Position numbers and translations under genes: made by a program
Assembly: GCA_964478545.1 (NCBI GenBank)
Contig: CAYZIS010000009.1
Span: 2,070 to 66,069, forward strand
DNA length: 64,000 bases
Direction: 5' to 3'
DNA from: an uncultured Thermodesulfobacteriota bacterium
GTDB taxonomy: Bacteria; Desulfobacterota; Anaeroferrophillalia; Anaeroferrophillales; Anaeroferrophillaceae
The notes under the pieces: model-generated
The model's input: the letters and a program-made list of their open reading frames with translations, nothing else
Told to the model about the DNA's origin: nothing
Databases searched by the model: none
In this document: piece by piece, positions 1-9,073 of the stretch
How positions within the stretch are numbered: the first letter of the stretch is position 1
Layout: each line of letters begins with the position of its first letter

Positions 1-870
1 GGGACAATGAGAAATATCGATATAGGAGGCGGCAAAAGTCAGATTGTCACCGTTAGGCAGCGGTTGATCGTAATGAAGATCGACGGTCCAGGCAGAGTAG
101 TCGTCCTCCACGCCTCCCAGCACCAGATCTTTCTGGTAATCAGCACCGATACCCAAGGCGAGAATCTGCTTCTTGCCGAGATAGGTGCCGGCATTGAACC
201 ATTTGGTTTCCGGGTCAAAGAAATTGTAGCTCAGGCGGCCGGCAAAGCGCATGGTATCATCAGGATTTTTGGCACGGCTCTCTTCGCCGTCACCAACCAT
301 AAGGCGATACTGCAGCTTATCGTCAAGAATATTACCCCACAGGGTAACCGCGTCATCACGGCCAATTTTGCTGGGATAGAAAATGTTGCTGCGCAGGCCA
401 CCCTGACCCCAGTCTAGCTCCGTAGTCAGCAATGATTTTGTTGAGGTGGTACCGTAATTGCGGGTGAAGGGGATGTACATGCGCCCCGCCTGAACCATAA
501 GGTCATCGCCTAACAGTTTATAGGTGATCCAGCCGTCCCGCAGGGCGATTCCAGAACCAAGTCCCTTACCGGAATCGTTGTTGATCTCATCCATCCCGAG
601 TTTGTCGCCGGCAAAGTGAAGGAAAAAACTGAGCTCGGGGGTTACCGTACCTTTGAGGTAAAAATAGCTGCGGCGGACCAGAAAATCATTGATGTCATCA
701 TCGAATTTACCGTCGCCATTGGTATCCATGTCGGAAACATACTGATACCAGACCTGCCCCCACCAACCGGCATTCAATGATATGTCACCTTTTTGGTAAA
801 TTTCCAGGGACCAGGCCATTCCAGGAAAAAACAGCAAAACTGCCAGGCAAACAAGAATTTTTTTCATCAT
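1..870 (-). CDS. Outer-membrane beta-barrel/porin-like protein, partial (runs off the window start). Start MMKKILVCLAVLLFFPGMAWS has a signal peptide.
   Basis: Reverse-complement translation from the ATG at 870 gives a typical Sec signal peptide, then an aromatic- and Gly/Asp-rich beta-strand pattern. The ORF is open to position 1. Confidence 0.5.
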   Translation of the reverse strand, partial: MMKKILVCLAVLLFFPGMAWSLEIYQKGDISLNAGWWGQVWYQYVSDMDTNGDGKFDDDINDFLVRRSYFYLKGTVTPELSFFLHFAGDKLGMDEINNDSGKGLGSGIALRDGWITYKLLGDDLMVQAGRMYIPFTRNYGTTSTKSLLTTELDWGQGGLRSNIFYPSKIGRDDAVTLWGNILDDKLQYRLMVGDGEESRAKNPDDTMRFAGRLSYNFFDPETKWFNAGTYLGKKQILALGIGADYQKDLVLGGVEDDYSAWTVDLHYDQPLPNGDNLTFAASYIDISHCP

Positions 871-924
871 TGGTTTTCCTTTTCAATTGTATTGTAAGAA
901 ATTAAGCGATTTTTTGGTTATTGA

Positions 925-1013
925 AGGGGGCAAGGGGAATCGAACCTCCTCCCGGTTTTGCAGACCGGACCAACGGGTTTGAAGCCCGCGGGGCGCCCAG
1001 CACCATTACCCCC
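925..1013 (-). tRNA. selC: tRNA-Sec (selenocysteine tRNA, anticodon UCA)
   Basis: Reverse complement reads GGGGGTAATGGTGCTGGGCGCCCCGCGGGCTTCAAACCCGTTGGTCCGGTCTGCAAAACCGGGAGGAGGTTCGATTCCCCTTGCCCCC. It has an 8-bp acceptor stem (GGGGGTAA/TTGCCCCC), an anticodon loop CUUCAAA with UCA, a long variable arm, a T-loop GGTTCGATTCC, and about 89 nt with no encoded CCA. Confidence 0.8.
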
Positions 1014-1113
1014 GGATATATAACGTGTAATGGTATCCTAACCCGGCATAGACATTTATTTTGAGTGGTTATTGCCAGCGGATAGGCGGATATGGCGATT
1101 AAAAACCAGTTTC

Positions 1114-1347
1114 CTATTTCCTGGATTCTTGTGTATCAACAACAATTTCCAAATCAGACAATAGATTTTCCAATTCAAGATTAAACCTTTCTGAAACTAC
1201 TTGGATGGTATCAAAAAGAGCCTCGCAACATATGCAGACACCTGCCTTTTCATCAAATTTTTTAAAGACCTTTTCGGTTTCTCGATAACGTGCAATGGTA
1301 TCTATAACGGTCATTTCAGGGTGAATGTGTTTTTCTTTTTTTGACAT
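1114..1347 (-). CDS. DUF1858-like small protein (hybrid-cluster-protein-associated redox disulfide domain type)
   Basis: 77-aa ORF with a CICC motif. It sits between selC and the YjeF-C gene in the same orientation as the Se cluster. Confidence 0.35.
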   Translation of the reverse strand: MSKKEKHIHPEMTVIDTIARYRETEKVFKKFDEKAGVCICCEALFDTIQVVSERFNLELENLLSDLEIVVDTQESRK

Positions 1348-1350
1348 TTT

Positions 1351-2214
1351 TTAACCTCCTTTTTCTAGAACTTCCAGCAGCGCTTTTGGTATGTGACGAA
1401 TGATTTCCGCGACCTGGGTTGCCGGTGTGGGTTTAGCGTAATGACCCGCCAGCCGGTTTGTCTTCATTGCCACTACGGCCGCCTCTTTAATTGCCATGCC
1501 CGAGTCAATCAGGGCCGAGACCAGACCCGTCAGGGTATCCCCGGTACCTCCTATGGCTTCAAGGGCCTCTTCGGTTGGATTGTCAACGGTTTCCAGTACG
1601 CCTTCCCGATTGGCCAGGTAATCCTGCCGCCCTTTAACCAGGAGAAAAGCTGCGGCATTATTGTGGGTATAGGCACGAGAAATAAGATCAGGCACCCGAT
1701 TTTCATCATGGAGGATAAAACCACGGGTATAGAAGGGGTGAGGCGCTTTTTCATCGGCCAGAAAGGCCAGTTCGCCGATGTCAGGGGTAAAAAGATCATA
1801 TAACGAGGCCTTGCCGCTCATTTTGGCGGCATACATGAATCCGGCATCAGCTATTAACGTTGGCCTTTCTTTCATTTCATTTATGGCTTGCTGCAGGTAT
1901 TCGTGCCAGTCAATCATTGGCTGCAGATAGTGAAACGTAAGGGTTTGAAAGTCAGATTGAGGCAACTGCTTGGTTAAATATTTGTAAAGGTTTAGGCTCC
2001 CCTTTCCCCGGCCGATATCTCCGACCAGATATCCGCAAGGTAATGGCTGGCCTAAGGTTTCCGCGGTTTTGATCGCGGCCGCCATCAGAGCCGCGGTGCC
2101 TCGGTTGATGGATACGCGCTCATTACCAATGCGGAGGTGGTCATCGTCGATGGTTATATTACCGGATATTATCGGAAATCCTTCAGAGGGTAGTGTTCCT
2201 GCTATGGCGAGCAT
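1351..2214 (-). CDS. nnrD: ADP-dependent NAD(P)H-hydrate dehydratase-like carbohydrate kinase (YjeF C-terminal family)
   Basis: 287 aa with a GGTGDTLTG motif characteristic of YjeF_C, and overall ribokinase-like fold motifs. Confidence 0.6.
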   Translation of the reverse strand: MLAIAGTLPSEGFPIISGNITIDDDHLRIGNERVSINRGTAALMAAAIKTAETLGQPLPCGYLVGDIGRGKGSLNLYKYLTKQLPQSDFQTLTFHYLQPMIDWHEYLQQAINEMKERPTLIADAGFMYAAKMSGKASLYDLFTPDIGELAFLADEKAPHPFYTRGFILHDENRVPDLISRAYTHNNAAAFLLVKGRQDYLANREGVLETVDNPTEEALEAIGGTGDTLTGLVSALIDSGMAIKEAAVVAMKTNRLAGHYAKPTPATQVAEIIRHIPKALLEVLEKGG

Positions 2215-2759
2215 TGGCGTTGTACCTCCTCAAATGCTAGCTGCAAGGCATATCCACAAAGGGTATGGCCTATTTCACGGGGGCTGGGCGCATTGGTGAG
2301 AGTTTGACCCACCATCTCATAAGCCAGATAGGGAACATCGGGGCACCCACCCCCGGAAACATTGACAATATTTCCAGTTGTCTTTTCAACGGTCAGTTTC
2401 ATATTAGCCGCCCGGACCATGATGTGCTCACCAAAATCCTTAATATGAAAAAGATCCACCGGTTGCAGAAGGGGGCTGGTTACGGGAACCATCTCTAAAG
2501 GAGGAATTCCTTCTTTTTCAAGAGTCCTGAAAATGTTCAGCTCTTCTATGAGGGGAAACTCGATGATGAGATCACAGCCGCTTTGAATTTCAGGCGGCGG
2601 TCCCATAACCCGGATTTTCCAGCCTTCCTTTTTCAGGACATTTTCTGCCTGAATAACCTCACTGGTGTTTTCAAAGACCATAATCCCGCGATCGGCATTT
2701 CCATTATTGCCCGGTGCGCCCTGCTCTTGTTTGCGCTTAAAAAAGCTGAAAAGAGACAC
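2202..2759 (-). CDS. DUF3343 (putative Se/S carrier) domain protein with an extra Cys-containing C-terminal region
   Basis: The N-terminal segment MVFENTSEVIQAENVLKKEGWKIRVMGPPPEIQSGCDLIIEF matches the DUF3343 pattern. The gene sits next to yedF/yedE. Confidence 0.5.
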   Translation of the reverse strand: MSLFSFFKRKQEQGAPGNNGNADRGIMVFENTSEVIQAENVLKKEGWKIRVMGPPPEIQSGCDLIIEFPLIEELNIFRTLEKEGIPPLEMVPVTSPLLQPVDLFHIKDFGEHIMVRAANMKLTVEKTTGNIVNVSGGGCPDVPYLAYEMVGQTLTNAPSPREIGHTLCGYALQLAFEEVQRQCSP

Positions 2760-2761
2760 TG

Positions 2762-2980
2762 CTAATCCTTTCTTATGGTAATCTTATACTCGCCGCTTTC
2801 TTCACTGACATCGGTTACTTTCCACTCCTGACTGGTGGCGGCACGTGAGACATTTTCCTTTGAGGTCTCCGTATCTACAAGAATTTCAATCTCGTTTGAA
2901 TTTTCTGTCTTCATCTCATTCAGAGCCATTAAAACAGGTTGAGGGCAGGAAAGACCCCGGGCGTCAACTTTAGTACTCAT
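2762..2980 (-). CDS. yedF: TusA-like sulfurtransferase / YedF (CPxP motif)
   Basis: 72 aa with GLSCPQPVL, the TusA/YedF active-site motif. It lies immediately downstream of yedE. Confidence 0.65.
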   Translation of the reverse strand: MSTKVDARGLSCPQPVLMALNEMKTENSNEIEILVDTETSKENVSRAATSQEWKVTDVSEESGEYKITIRKD

Positions 2981-2995
2981 ATATTTCTCCCTTCT

Positions 2996-4087
2996 TTAAG
3001 CAATTCTTTTTCTCATCGTAAATCCGATAAACAGACAAACAATCAGGCCAATGATGACTGCCGGAATGCCATAAGGTCCCACCCCTTTTGGGGAACTGGC
3101 CAGACCGAAATTGTGGGCGAATCCCGCCCCGACGATCATTCCCAGTACAAAAACTGCGGCATCCCCATCACCTTCTCCAGACAGGAAAAGCTGACGTCCG
3201 GGACATCCACCAGCAAGAGCAAAGGCAAGACCGGACAGAGCCATCCCCGCAAAGTTCCAGATCTGCATGGTATGAGCTACCGGCTGACCTTTGAATCCTA
3301 AGTGAAACTGTCCGACGATGAGATTGGTAATAAAAGCAGCAACAATAAGTGCGGCGAATCCTGAAAGCAGGTGGGTTTGACGAAAGAGGATAAAATCGCG
3401 CAGGGCACCCATAGTACAAAACCTGCTGCGCTGGGCCAGGAATCCTATAGCAAGACCAATTCCCAGTGATATAAGAAGGGGGGCGTGTATTGCGCCGGGA
3501 CCTTTCAGGCTGTAAAAAAGGACACCGCTTTTGTTTTGACCTTCAATCTGCGGAAAGGCAATGAGAAGAATCAAAAAACCAAGCATTATGAGCGGCAGCA
3601 TCCATCCCGCCGCCGCATGGGTAGTCTGGGTGCGCCCCAGATTGTAACCTTTTTTGAGGAAGAGAGTTCCGATCCAGATGCCGATGATCAGTCCCAGCAG
3701 GCCGAAAATTGCGTTACCATCACCGCCCGCAAGGCGCAAAGCCGCCCGCCAGGGACATCCTAAGAAAACAAGAGCACCAATCATGGCAAAGGCCCCCAGC
3801 ACAAAGCGGACAATGGGAGCGGAACCGAGCCGGGGACGATATTCCTTGAACAAATATGCAGCCATGAGTGAGCCCATAACAAAGCCAATAATTTCCGGTC
3901 GTATATACTGGACAACCCCGGCACGATGTAACCCGAGGGCGCCGGCAATATCCCTTTCAAAACAGGCTACACAGATACCCATATTTCCAGGATTTCCCCA
4001 CTTCTGTAAAAGGGCCGCAAAGATACCGATAAATAAACCTACGCCTATAATTCCCCCCCGGGTTGCAAAAATATTTTTAAACCTCAT
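2996..4087 (-). CDS. yedE: YedE/YeeE family membrane protein (putative selenium/thiosulfate transport)
   Basis: 363-aa polytopic membrane protein with Gly-rich helices and conserved Cys (CVACFERD, GGCPGR). The gene is in a yedE-yedF pairing. Confidence 0.6.
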   Translation of the reverse strand: MRFKNIFATRGGIIGVGLFIGIFAALLQKWGNPGNMGICVACFERDIAGALGLHRAGVVQYIRPEIIGFVMGSLMAAYLFKEYRPRLGSAPIVRFVLGAFAMIGALVFLGCPWRAALRLAGGDGNAIFGLLGLIIGIWIGTLFLKKGYNLGRTQTTHAAAGWMLPLIMLGFLILLIAFPQIEGQNKSGVLFYSLKGPGAIHAPLLISLGIGLAIGFLAQRSRFCTMGALRDFILFRQTHLLSGFAALIVAAFITNLIVGQFHLGFKGQPVAHTMQIWNFAGMALSGLAFALAGGCPGRQLFLSGEGDGDAAVFVLGMIVGAGFAHNFGLASSPKGVGPYGIPAVIIGLIVCLFIGFTMRKRIA

Positions 4088-4304
4088 AGATTAAACATCC
4101 CTTTCCTGATGAATTGCTGCTCTCCAAGTTATTTTTCATAGTATATATATTGGCATATCCTATAAGTCCAATTCATAATAACGATAGTTTATGGTTGGCT
4201 GATAGGTGTCATCTATGGTAGCTATCGGGCATGAAGAGAGATTTGATAAATATTACCACTCCTCCTCTTCAGTTTTCCTCATCCTGGCCGATTACTAAGA
4301 GTAA

Positions 4305-4952
4305 ACCATACATAAAAATAACAGTGCCGACCAAGGAATCGGCATCAGTAAAAATTATCTGGATAAAATATTTGATTCCTACTTCACCACTAAGCACAAA
4401 GACAGCGGCCTCGGGCTGGCAACGGTTTATTCCATTATTAAAAATCACCACGGCCAGATAAAGGTAGAATCAGAACCAGGGAAAGGAACCACCTTTACCA
4501 TTCTCCTTCCGGTTTCAGAGACGATGCAGGAAACCGACAGGGATGTGCCGGATAGCATTGAAACAGGACAAACTGGCAGTGGTAAAATCCTGATTATGGA
4601 TGACGAAGAAGTTGTAAGGGAAATCTGTGGTGAAATGCTCCTCACCATAGGATATACCGTTGACTATGCAGTAAATGGACAGGAAGTACTGGAAAAGTAT
4701 CAACAGGCCATGAAGGAGGAAAAACCTTTTGACCTGGTCATCATGGATTTAACCATTCCCGGCGGCATGGGCGGCAAAGAAGCCATCCGTAAACTGCTGG
4801 AAATCGACCCTCATGCCAGGGCCATTGTCAGCAGCGGTTATTTACACGATGATGTTATGGCCAATTACCAGGATTATGGATTTCAGGGAGTGGCGGCCAA
4901 ACCCTATTTACTTAGCAACCTGAATAAGGTAATAAAAAACATCATTCATTAA
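4305..4952 (+). pseudogene. Remnant of a hybrid histidine kinase: only the HATPase_c C-terminal part plus an intact CheY-like receiver domain remain. No HisKA domain or start codon precedes it; internal ATG at 4524.
   Basis: The frame contains ADQGIGISKNYLDKIFDSYFTTKHKDSGLGLATVYSIIKNHHGQIKVESEPGKGTTFTILLP (G1/G2 boxes) and then a receiver (ILIMDDEE...DLVIMDLTIPGGMGGKEA). The frame is closed by two stops at 4296-4304, and AT-rich non-coding sequence lies upstream. Confidence 0.55.
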
Positions 4953-5020
4953 GTTGAGAGGATTTATATGATCTTTAGGGACGAAAAATCCTTATATCGG
5001 AATTTTGGATATTTCAGAAA

Positions 5021-5698
5021 ATGTTTACTTATAAAGTAATTCTTGGTCGTTTACTGATTGCCTGCCTCTGCGGGGCGCTGATCGGCGTTGAAAGGGAAAG
5101 ACATGGGCGGGCTGCCGGGCTGCGGACACACCTGCTTGTTGCCCTTGGCGCTGCCACCATTATGATCATGTCGCTCATGATCCCGGATTTGTATAACAAT
5201 TCAAACAGTGGCAGCATCATCCGGATTGATCCTGGTCGAATTGCCGCTCAGGTCATAGCTGGCATTGGCTTTCTTGGTGCCGGAGCCATCATCCACACAA
5301 AAAGACTGATCAGGGGCTTGACCACCGCCGCCTGCCTCTGGATTGCTGCCAGCATCGGCCTGGCAGCCGGGATGGGGCTTTTTATTCTGACGGCAATGGT
5401 AACCGGTTTAAGTCTCTTCAGCCTCTACCTGCTGAAATGGTTTGAGCGCATCCTCCCCAAGGATCGGTACTTCATTCTTGAGCTAAAATGTCACTATCAC
5501 CCTGAGCTTTCTGAAACCATTGAAAAAATGCTGACGGAAAACGGGGTGAAAATCATCACGTTTAATTTCAGCCACGATAAAAAGCAGGAACTATTAATTT
5601 TAAACCTGGAAGTACGTCTCCCCATCGAACGGTTACCACAAAAACTGCTGGACCATCTGCATTCCAATCAAAACATTCTCAAAACCTCCTTGCACTAG
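5021..5698 (+). CDS. mgtC: MgtC/SapB family membrane protein
   Basis: LIGVERERHGRAAGLRTHLLVALGAATIM is the MgtC family signature. Length 225 aa. Confidence 0.7.
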   Translation: MFTYKVILGRLLIACLCGALIGVERERHGRAAGLRTHLLVALGAATIMIMSLMIPDLYNNSNSGSIIRIDPGRIAAQVIAGIGFLGAGAIIHTKRLIRGLTTAACLWIAASIGLAAGMGLFILTAMVTGLSLFSLYLLKWFERILPKDRYFILELKCHYHPELSETIEKMLTENGVKIITFNFSHDKKQELLILNLEVRLPIERLPQKLLDHLHSNQNILKTSLH

Positions 5699-5874
5699 CT
5701 TTTTCCATCCTGACTTTTCAGTTTCTCCCTTGCATCCGGTAAGGTTGTTGAGTTATTTTAACCGGAACTGAAATAAATACTTGACAAAAATAATATAGAT
5801 TAATATGTTTAGATAAAGAAATAATATTTTAACATTTCTCATTACACGTTACAGCTTAATTGAAAAGGAAGAAT

Positions 5875-6807
5875 ATGAGCAGGAAAATTGCCGGTAATCT
5901 TGTCGATCTGGTAGGGAATACCCCACTGCTCCGGCTCCCTTCACTGTCCAGTGAGAGTAGAGCGAACATCATTGCCAAGCTGGAATATTTCAACCCCCTT
6001 TCCAGCGTCAAGGATCGAATTGCCATGGCTATGATCAACGCCGGGGAAAAGGCAGGAAAATTAAAACCGGGGGGGTTGATTGTTGAGCCAACCAGCGGCA
6101 ACACTGGTATAGGCCTGGCTTTTGTTGCCGCTGCCCGCGGTTACCGGCTGATTTTGACTATGCCGGATACCATGAGCGTGGAGCGGAGGAATCTGATGCG
6201 GTCTTTAGGGGCCAAGCTCGTCTTAACTCCGGGTAGCGTTGGTATGAAAGGGGCGATTGACCAGGCGGCAGAAATACAAGCTCAAAATCAGGGAAGTTTC
6301 ATGCCCCAGCAGTTCAATAATCCGGCCAACCCGGAAATACACCGGCAGACAACTGCGGTTGAAATATGGCACGATACCGACGGCAAAGTTGACGTGCTGG
6401 TTGCCGGGGTGGGCACTGGCGGCACCATCACCGGCTGCGGAGAATTTTTAAAAGGGAAAAAAGCGGGTATACAGATAATCGCCGTGGAACCGGCAGAATC
6501 CGCTGTCCTTTCCGGCCAGGCAGCTGCCCCCCATCGCATCCAGGGTATTGGCGCCGGATTTATTCCCGAAATACTAAACTTGGGGATCATTGATAAAATT
6601 ATTACAACTTCGTCGGATGAAGCCGGGGCCATGTGCCGACAACTGGCGGAAAAAGAAGGTCTTTTGGTCGGTATTTCCTCCGGGGCTGCAGCCGTTGCCG
6701 CCCTTAAAGTTGGACGGAAACCTGAAAACTTGGGGAAGGTAATTGTGGTTATTTTCCCTGACAGCGGCGAACGCTATCTGTCTACCTGGGCCTTTAATGA
6801 AACATAA
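5875..6807 (+). CDS. cysK: Cysteine synthase A (O-acetylserine sulfhydrylase). Probable ATG at 5875 with an RBS; the ORF track starts at a TTG at 5860.
   Basis: [15 protein letters not shown] (the PLP lysine), a GTGGT-type glycine loop, and about 310 aa. Confidence 0.9.
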   Translation: MSRKIAGNLVDLVGNTPLLRLPSLSSESRANIIAKLEYFNPLSSVKDRIAMAMINAGEKAGKLKPGGLIVEPTSGNTGIGLAFVAAARGYRLILTMPDTMSVERRNLMRSLGAKLVLTPGSVGMKGAIDQAAEIQAQNQGSFMPQQFNNPANPEIHRQTTAVEIWHDTDGKVDVLVAGVGTGGTITGCGEFLKGKKAGIQIIAVEPAESAVLSGQAAAPHRIQGIGAGFIPEILNLGIIDKIITTSSDEAGAMCRQLAEKEGLLVGISSGAAAVAALKVGRKPENLGKVIVVIFPDSGERYLSTWAFNET

Positions 6808-6966
6808 GTTAAGCGATCAACTGTTAGCTGTCAGCATTTGGCTTTAAAAAATCAAGACATTATGTTCATGAGCAACAAAACCCAAAAGCTGACAGCTTGG
6901 AACAGGAAAAATGTTGTAATTATTGAACAAATAGTTAACGGCTAAAAGCTAATAGCTCAATTCAGG
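6808..6966. mobile_element. MITE-like element, family A copy 1 (about 159 bp, about 45-nt terminal inverted repeats)
   Basis: Left arm 6808-6842 is the reverse complement of the right arm 6930-6966 (GCTAA.AGCTAATAGC...ATCGCTTAA.TT.AGG). The same TIR pair is found at three other loci. Confidence 0.5.
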
Positions 6967-7026
6967 TAAAACATGAATATTCTTTTTTTTACAATGTAAC
7001 CAGACCACTATTATGGAGCAATTATC

Positions 7027-7851
7027 ATGTGGGAATATACGGATAAAGTCAAAGAACATTTTCTGAATCCCAAAAATGTTGGGGAAGTTGAAAATCCTGA
7101 CGGGGTAGGAGATGTGGGTTCCATTGCCTGTGGTGACGCCCTGTACCTGACCTTCAAGCTGGATGAACAGGGACACATTGCCGACGCCAAATTTAAAACC
7201 TTCGGCTGCGCCAGTGCCATCGCTTCCGCCTCAGCCCTGACCGAACTGATCAAAGGGAAAACCCTGGAAGAAGCGGAAAAAATTACCAACCAGGAAATAG
7301 CCAACTACCTGGGCGGCCTGCCAAAAGAAAAAATGCACTGTTCAGTCATGGGGCAGGAAGCCCTGGAACAGGCTATTGCTTCCTGCCGGGGAACTGAAGT
7401 AAAAAAGGCTGAAGGAGAAATCATTTGCGAGTGTTTTGGGGTAACCGATAAGGAAATCGAGCAGGCTGTGCGGGAAAACGGCCTGAAAACAGTGGAGGAT
7501 GTTACCAACTATACCAAAGCTGGCGGCGGCTGTGAACGCTGCCATGATGATATCCGCAAGCTGATTGCTAAAGTTCGGGGAGAAACAAGTCCCGAAGAAA
7601 AAAAACCATTGACCAACATTCAGAAAATCAAACTGATTGAGGAAACCATAGAACGGGAAATCCGCCCCTCTCTGCAGCAGGATGGAGGGAACATCGAACT
7701 GGTTGATATAATTGGCAATCGCGTTCAGGTAGCCACCCGTGGTGCCTGTGCATCCTGTCCTTCAGCTCCTATTACAATGAAGAGCCTGGTGGAGGCAAAG
7801 CTACGGGAATTTGTTTCTCCGGACTTAGTGGTTGAGGAGGTTTCCTCATGA
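7027..7851 (+). CDS. nifU: NifU Fe-S cluster assembly scaffold (N-terminal IscU-like, central [2Fe-2S] BFD-like, C-terminal NifU domain)
   Basis: CGD...C...C scaffold cysteines, CECFGV...CERCH, and a C-terminal CASCPS motif. Confidence 0.85.
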   Translation: MWEYTDKVKEHFLNPKNVGEVENPDGVGDVGSIACGDALYLTFKLDEQGHIADAKFKTFGCASAIASASALTELIKGKTLEEAEKITNQEIANYLGGLPKEKMHCSVMGQEALEQAIASCRGTEVKKAEGEIICECFGVTDKEIEQAVRENGLKTVEDVTNYTKAGGGCERCHDDIRKLIAKVRGETSPEEKKPLTNIQKIKLIEETIEREIRPSLQQDGGNIELVDIIGNRVQVATRGACASCPSAPITMKSLVEAKLREFVSPDLVVEEVSS

Positions 7852-9029
7852 AGCCAATCTATGTGGACAATAATGCCACTACCCAGGTAGCTCCCAAGGT
7901 ATTGGAAGCCATGCTCCCTTATTTCCGGGAATATTACGGCAATCCTTCCAGTATGCATACGTTTGGCGGCCAAGTGGGACCAAAAATCCGGGAAGCCCGG
8001 GAGCAGGTGGCCGAATTGGTGGGTGCTAACGCCGATGAAATCCTTTTTACCAGCTGTGGTTCTGAAAGCGATAACACCGCCATTCATTCCGCCCTGACCA
8101 GCAATCCTGAAAAACGCCACATAGTTATCAGCCGGGTGGAACATCCGGCAATCCGCTCCTTAGTTGCCAGTCTGAGCAAGCAGGGATACCGGATTTCGGA
8201 AATTCCGGTTGATAGCCAGGGTCATCTTAACCTGGAAAAGTTGCAGGAAAGCCTGACCCAGGATACAGCCATTGTTTCCATCATGTGGGCTAACAACGAA
8301 ACCGGAGTCATTTTTCCCATAGAAAAAATTGCCGAAATGGTTCATCGCCATGGAATCATTTTCCATACAGATGCGGTACAGGCAGTGGGGAAAATCCCCG
8401 TAAATCTGCGCAATACCACCATTGACATGCTCTCCCTCTCTGGGCATAAGCTACATGCAGCAAAAGGAATTGGAGCTTTATTTATTCGTAAAGGAACTAA
8501 ATTTTCCCCTTTTCTGATCGGAGGACACCAGGAACGGGGACGGCGGGCCGGGACCGAAAATGTTCCTGGAATCATCGGGCTGGGAGCCGGCTGCCAGCTG
8601 GCTAAAGAAAATATGGACCAGGAAAATTCCCGGGTCCGGAAGCTCCGTAACCACCTGGAAAAAGAGCTTCTCTACCGCATACCCAACTCGGTAGTCAACG
8701 GCGATCCGCTCCAGCGCCTGCCCAACACCAGCAATATCAGTTTCGAGTTTGTGGAGGGGGAAAGCATCCTGCTGATGCTCAATGAATTTAATATTTGTGC
8801 CTCATCAGGCTCAGCCTGCACTTCCGGTTCCCTGGAACCTTCCCATGTCATCCGGGCCATGGGAGTTCCCTTTACCATGGCCCACGGTTCCATTCGCTTC
8901 AGCCTCAGTATTTATAATACCCGGGAGGAAGTTGATTTCATCATTGAAAAGTTGCCACCGGTGATTGAACGTCTGCGCCTCATGTCGCCATTTGGCAACC
9001 AGGGCAATAAGGCCTGCACCCTGCAATAA
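7848..9029 (+). CDS. nifS: Cysteine desulfurase NifS/IscS (class V aminotransferase)
   Basis: SGHKLHAAKG (the PLP lysine) and the SSGSACTSGS active-site Cys loop. The stop of nifU overlaps the start. Confidence 0.9.
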   Translation: MKPIYVDNNATTQVAPKVLEAMLPYFREYYGNPSSMHTFGGQVGPKIREAREQVAELVGANADEILFTSCGSESDNTAIHSALTSNPEKRHIVISRVEHPAIRSLVASLSKQGYRISEIPVDSQGHLNLEKLQESLTQDTAIVSIMWANNETGVIFPIEKIAEMVHRHGIIFHTDAVQAVGKIPVNLRNTTIDMLSLSGHKLHAAKGIGALFIRKGTKFSPFLIGGHQERGRRAGTENVPGIIGLGAGCQLAKENMDQENSRVRKLRNHLEKELLYRIPNSVVNGDPLQRLPNTSNISFEFVEGESILLMLNEFNICASSGSACTSGSLEPSHVIRAMGVPFTMAHGSIRFSLSIYNTREEVDFIIEKLPPVIERLRLMSPFGNQGNKACTLQ

Positions 9030-9073
9030 CATCACTCTGGATCAGAACTGATATAATTTGGGAAAATAAAGTT

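Noticed and set aside
7-417. 136-aa plus-strand ORF at the window start
   Set aside because: It lies antisense to a convincing minus-strand porin gene (signal peptide, open to the window edge). It has no RBS or motif and the composition is GC-skew artefactual.
4231-4461. 76-aa ORF in the AT-rich region between yedE and the kinase remnant
   Set aside because: It is in a different frame from the recognisable HATPase remnant and is low complexity. It most likely arises from out-of-frame translation of decayed kinase sequence.
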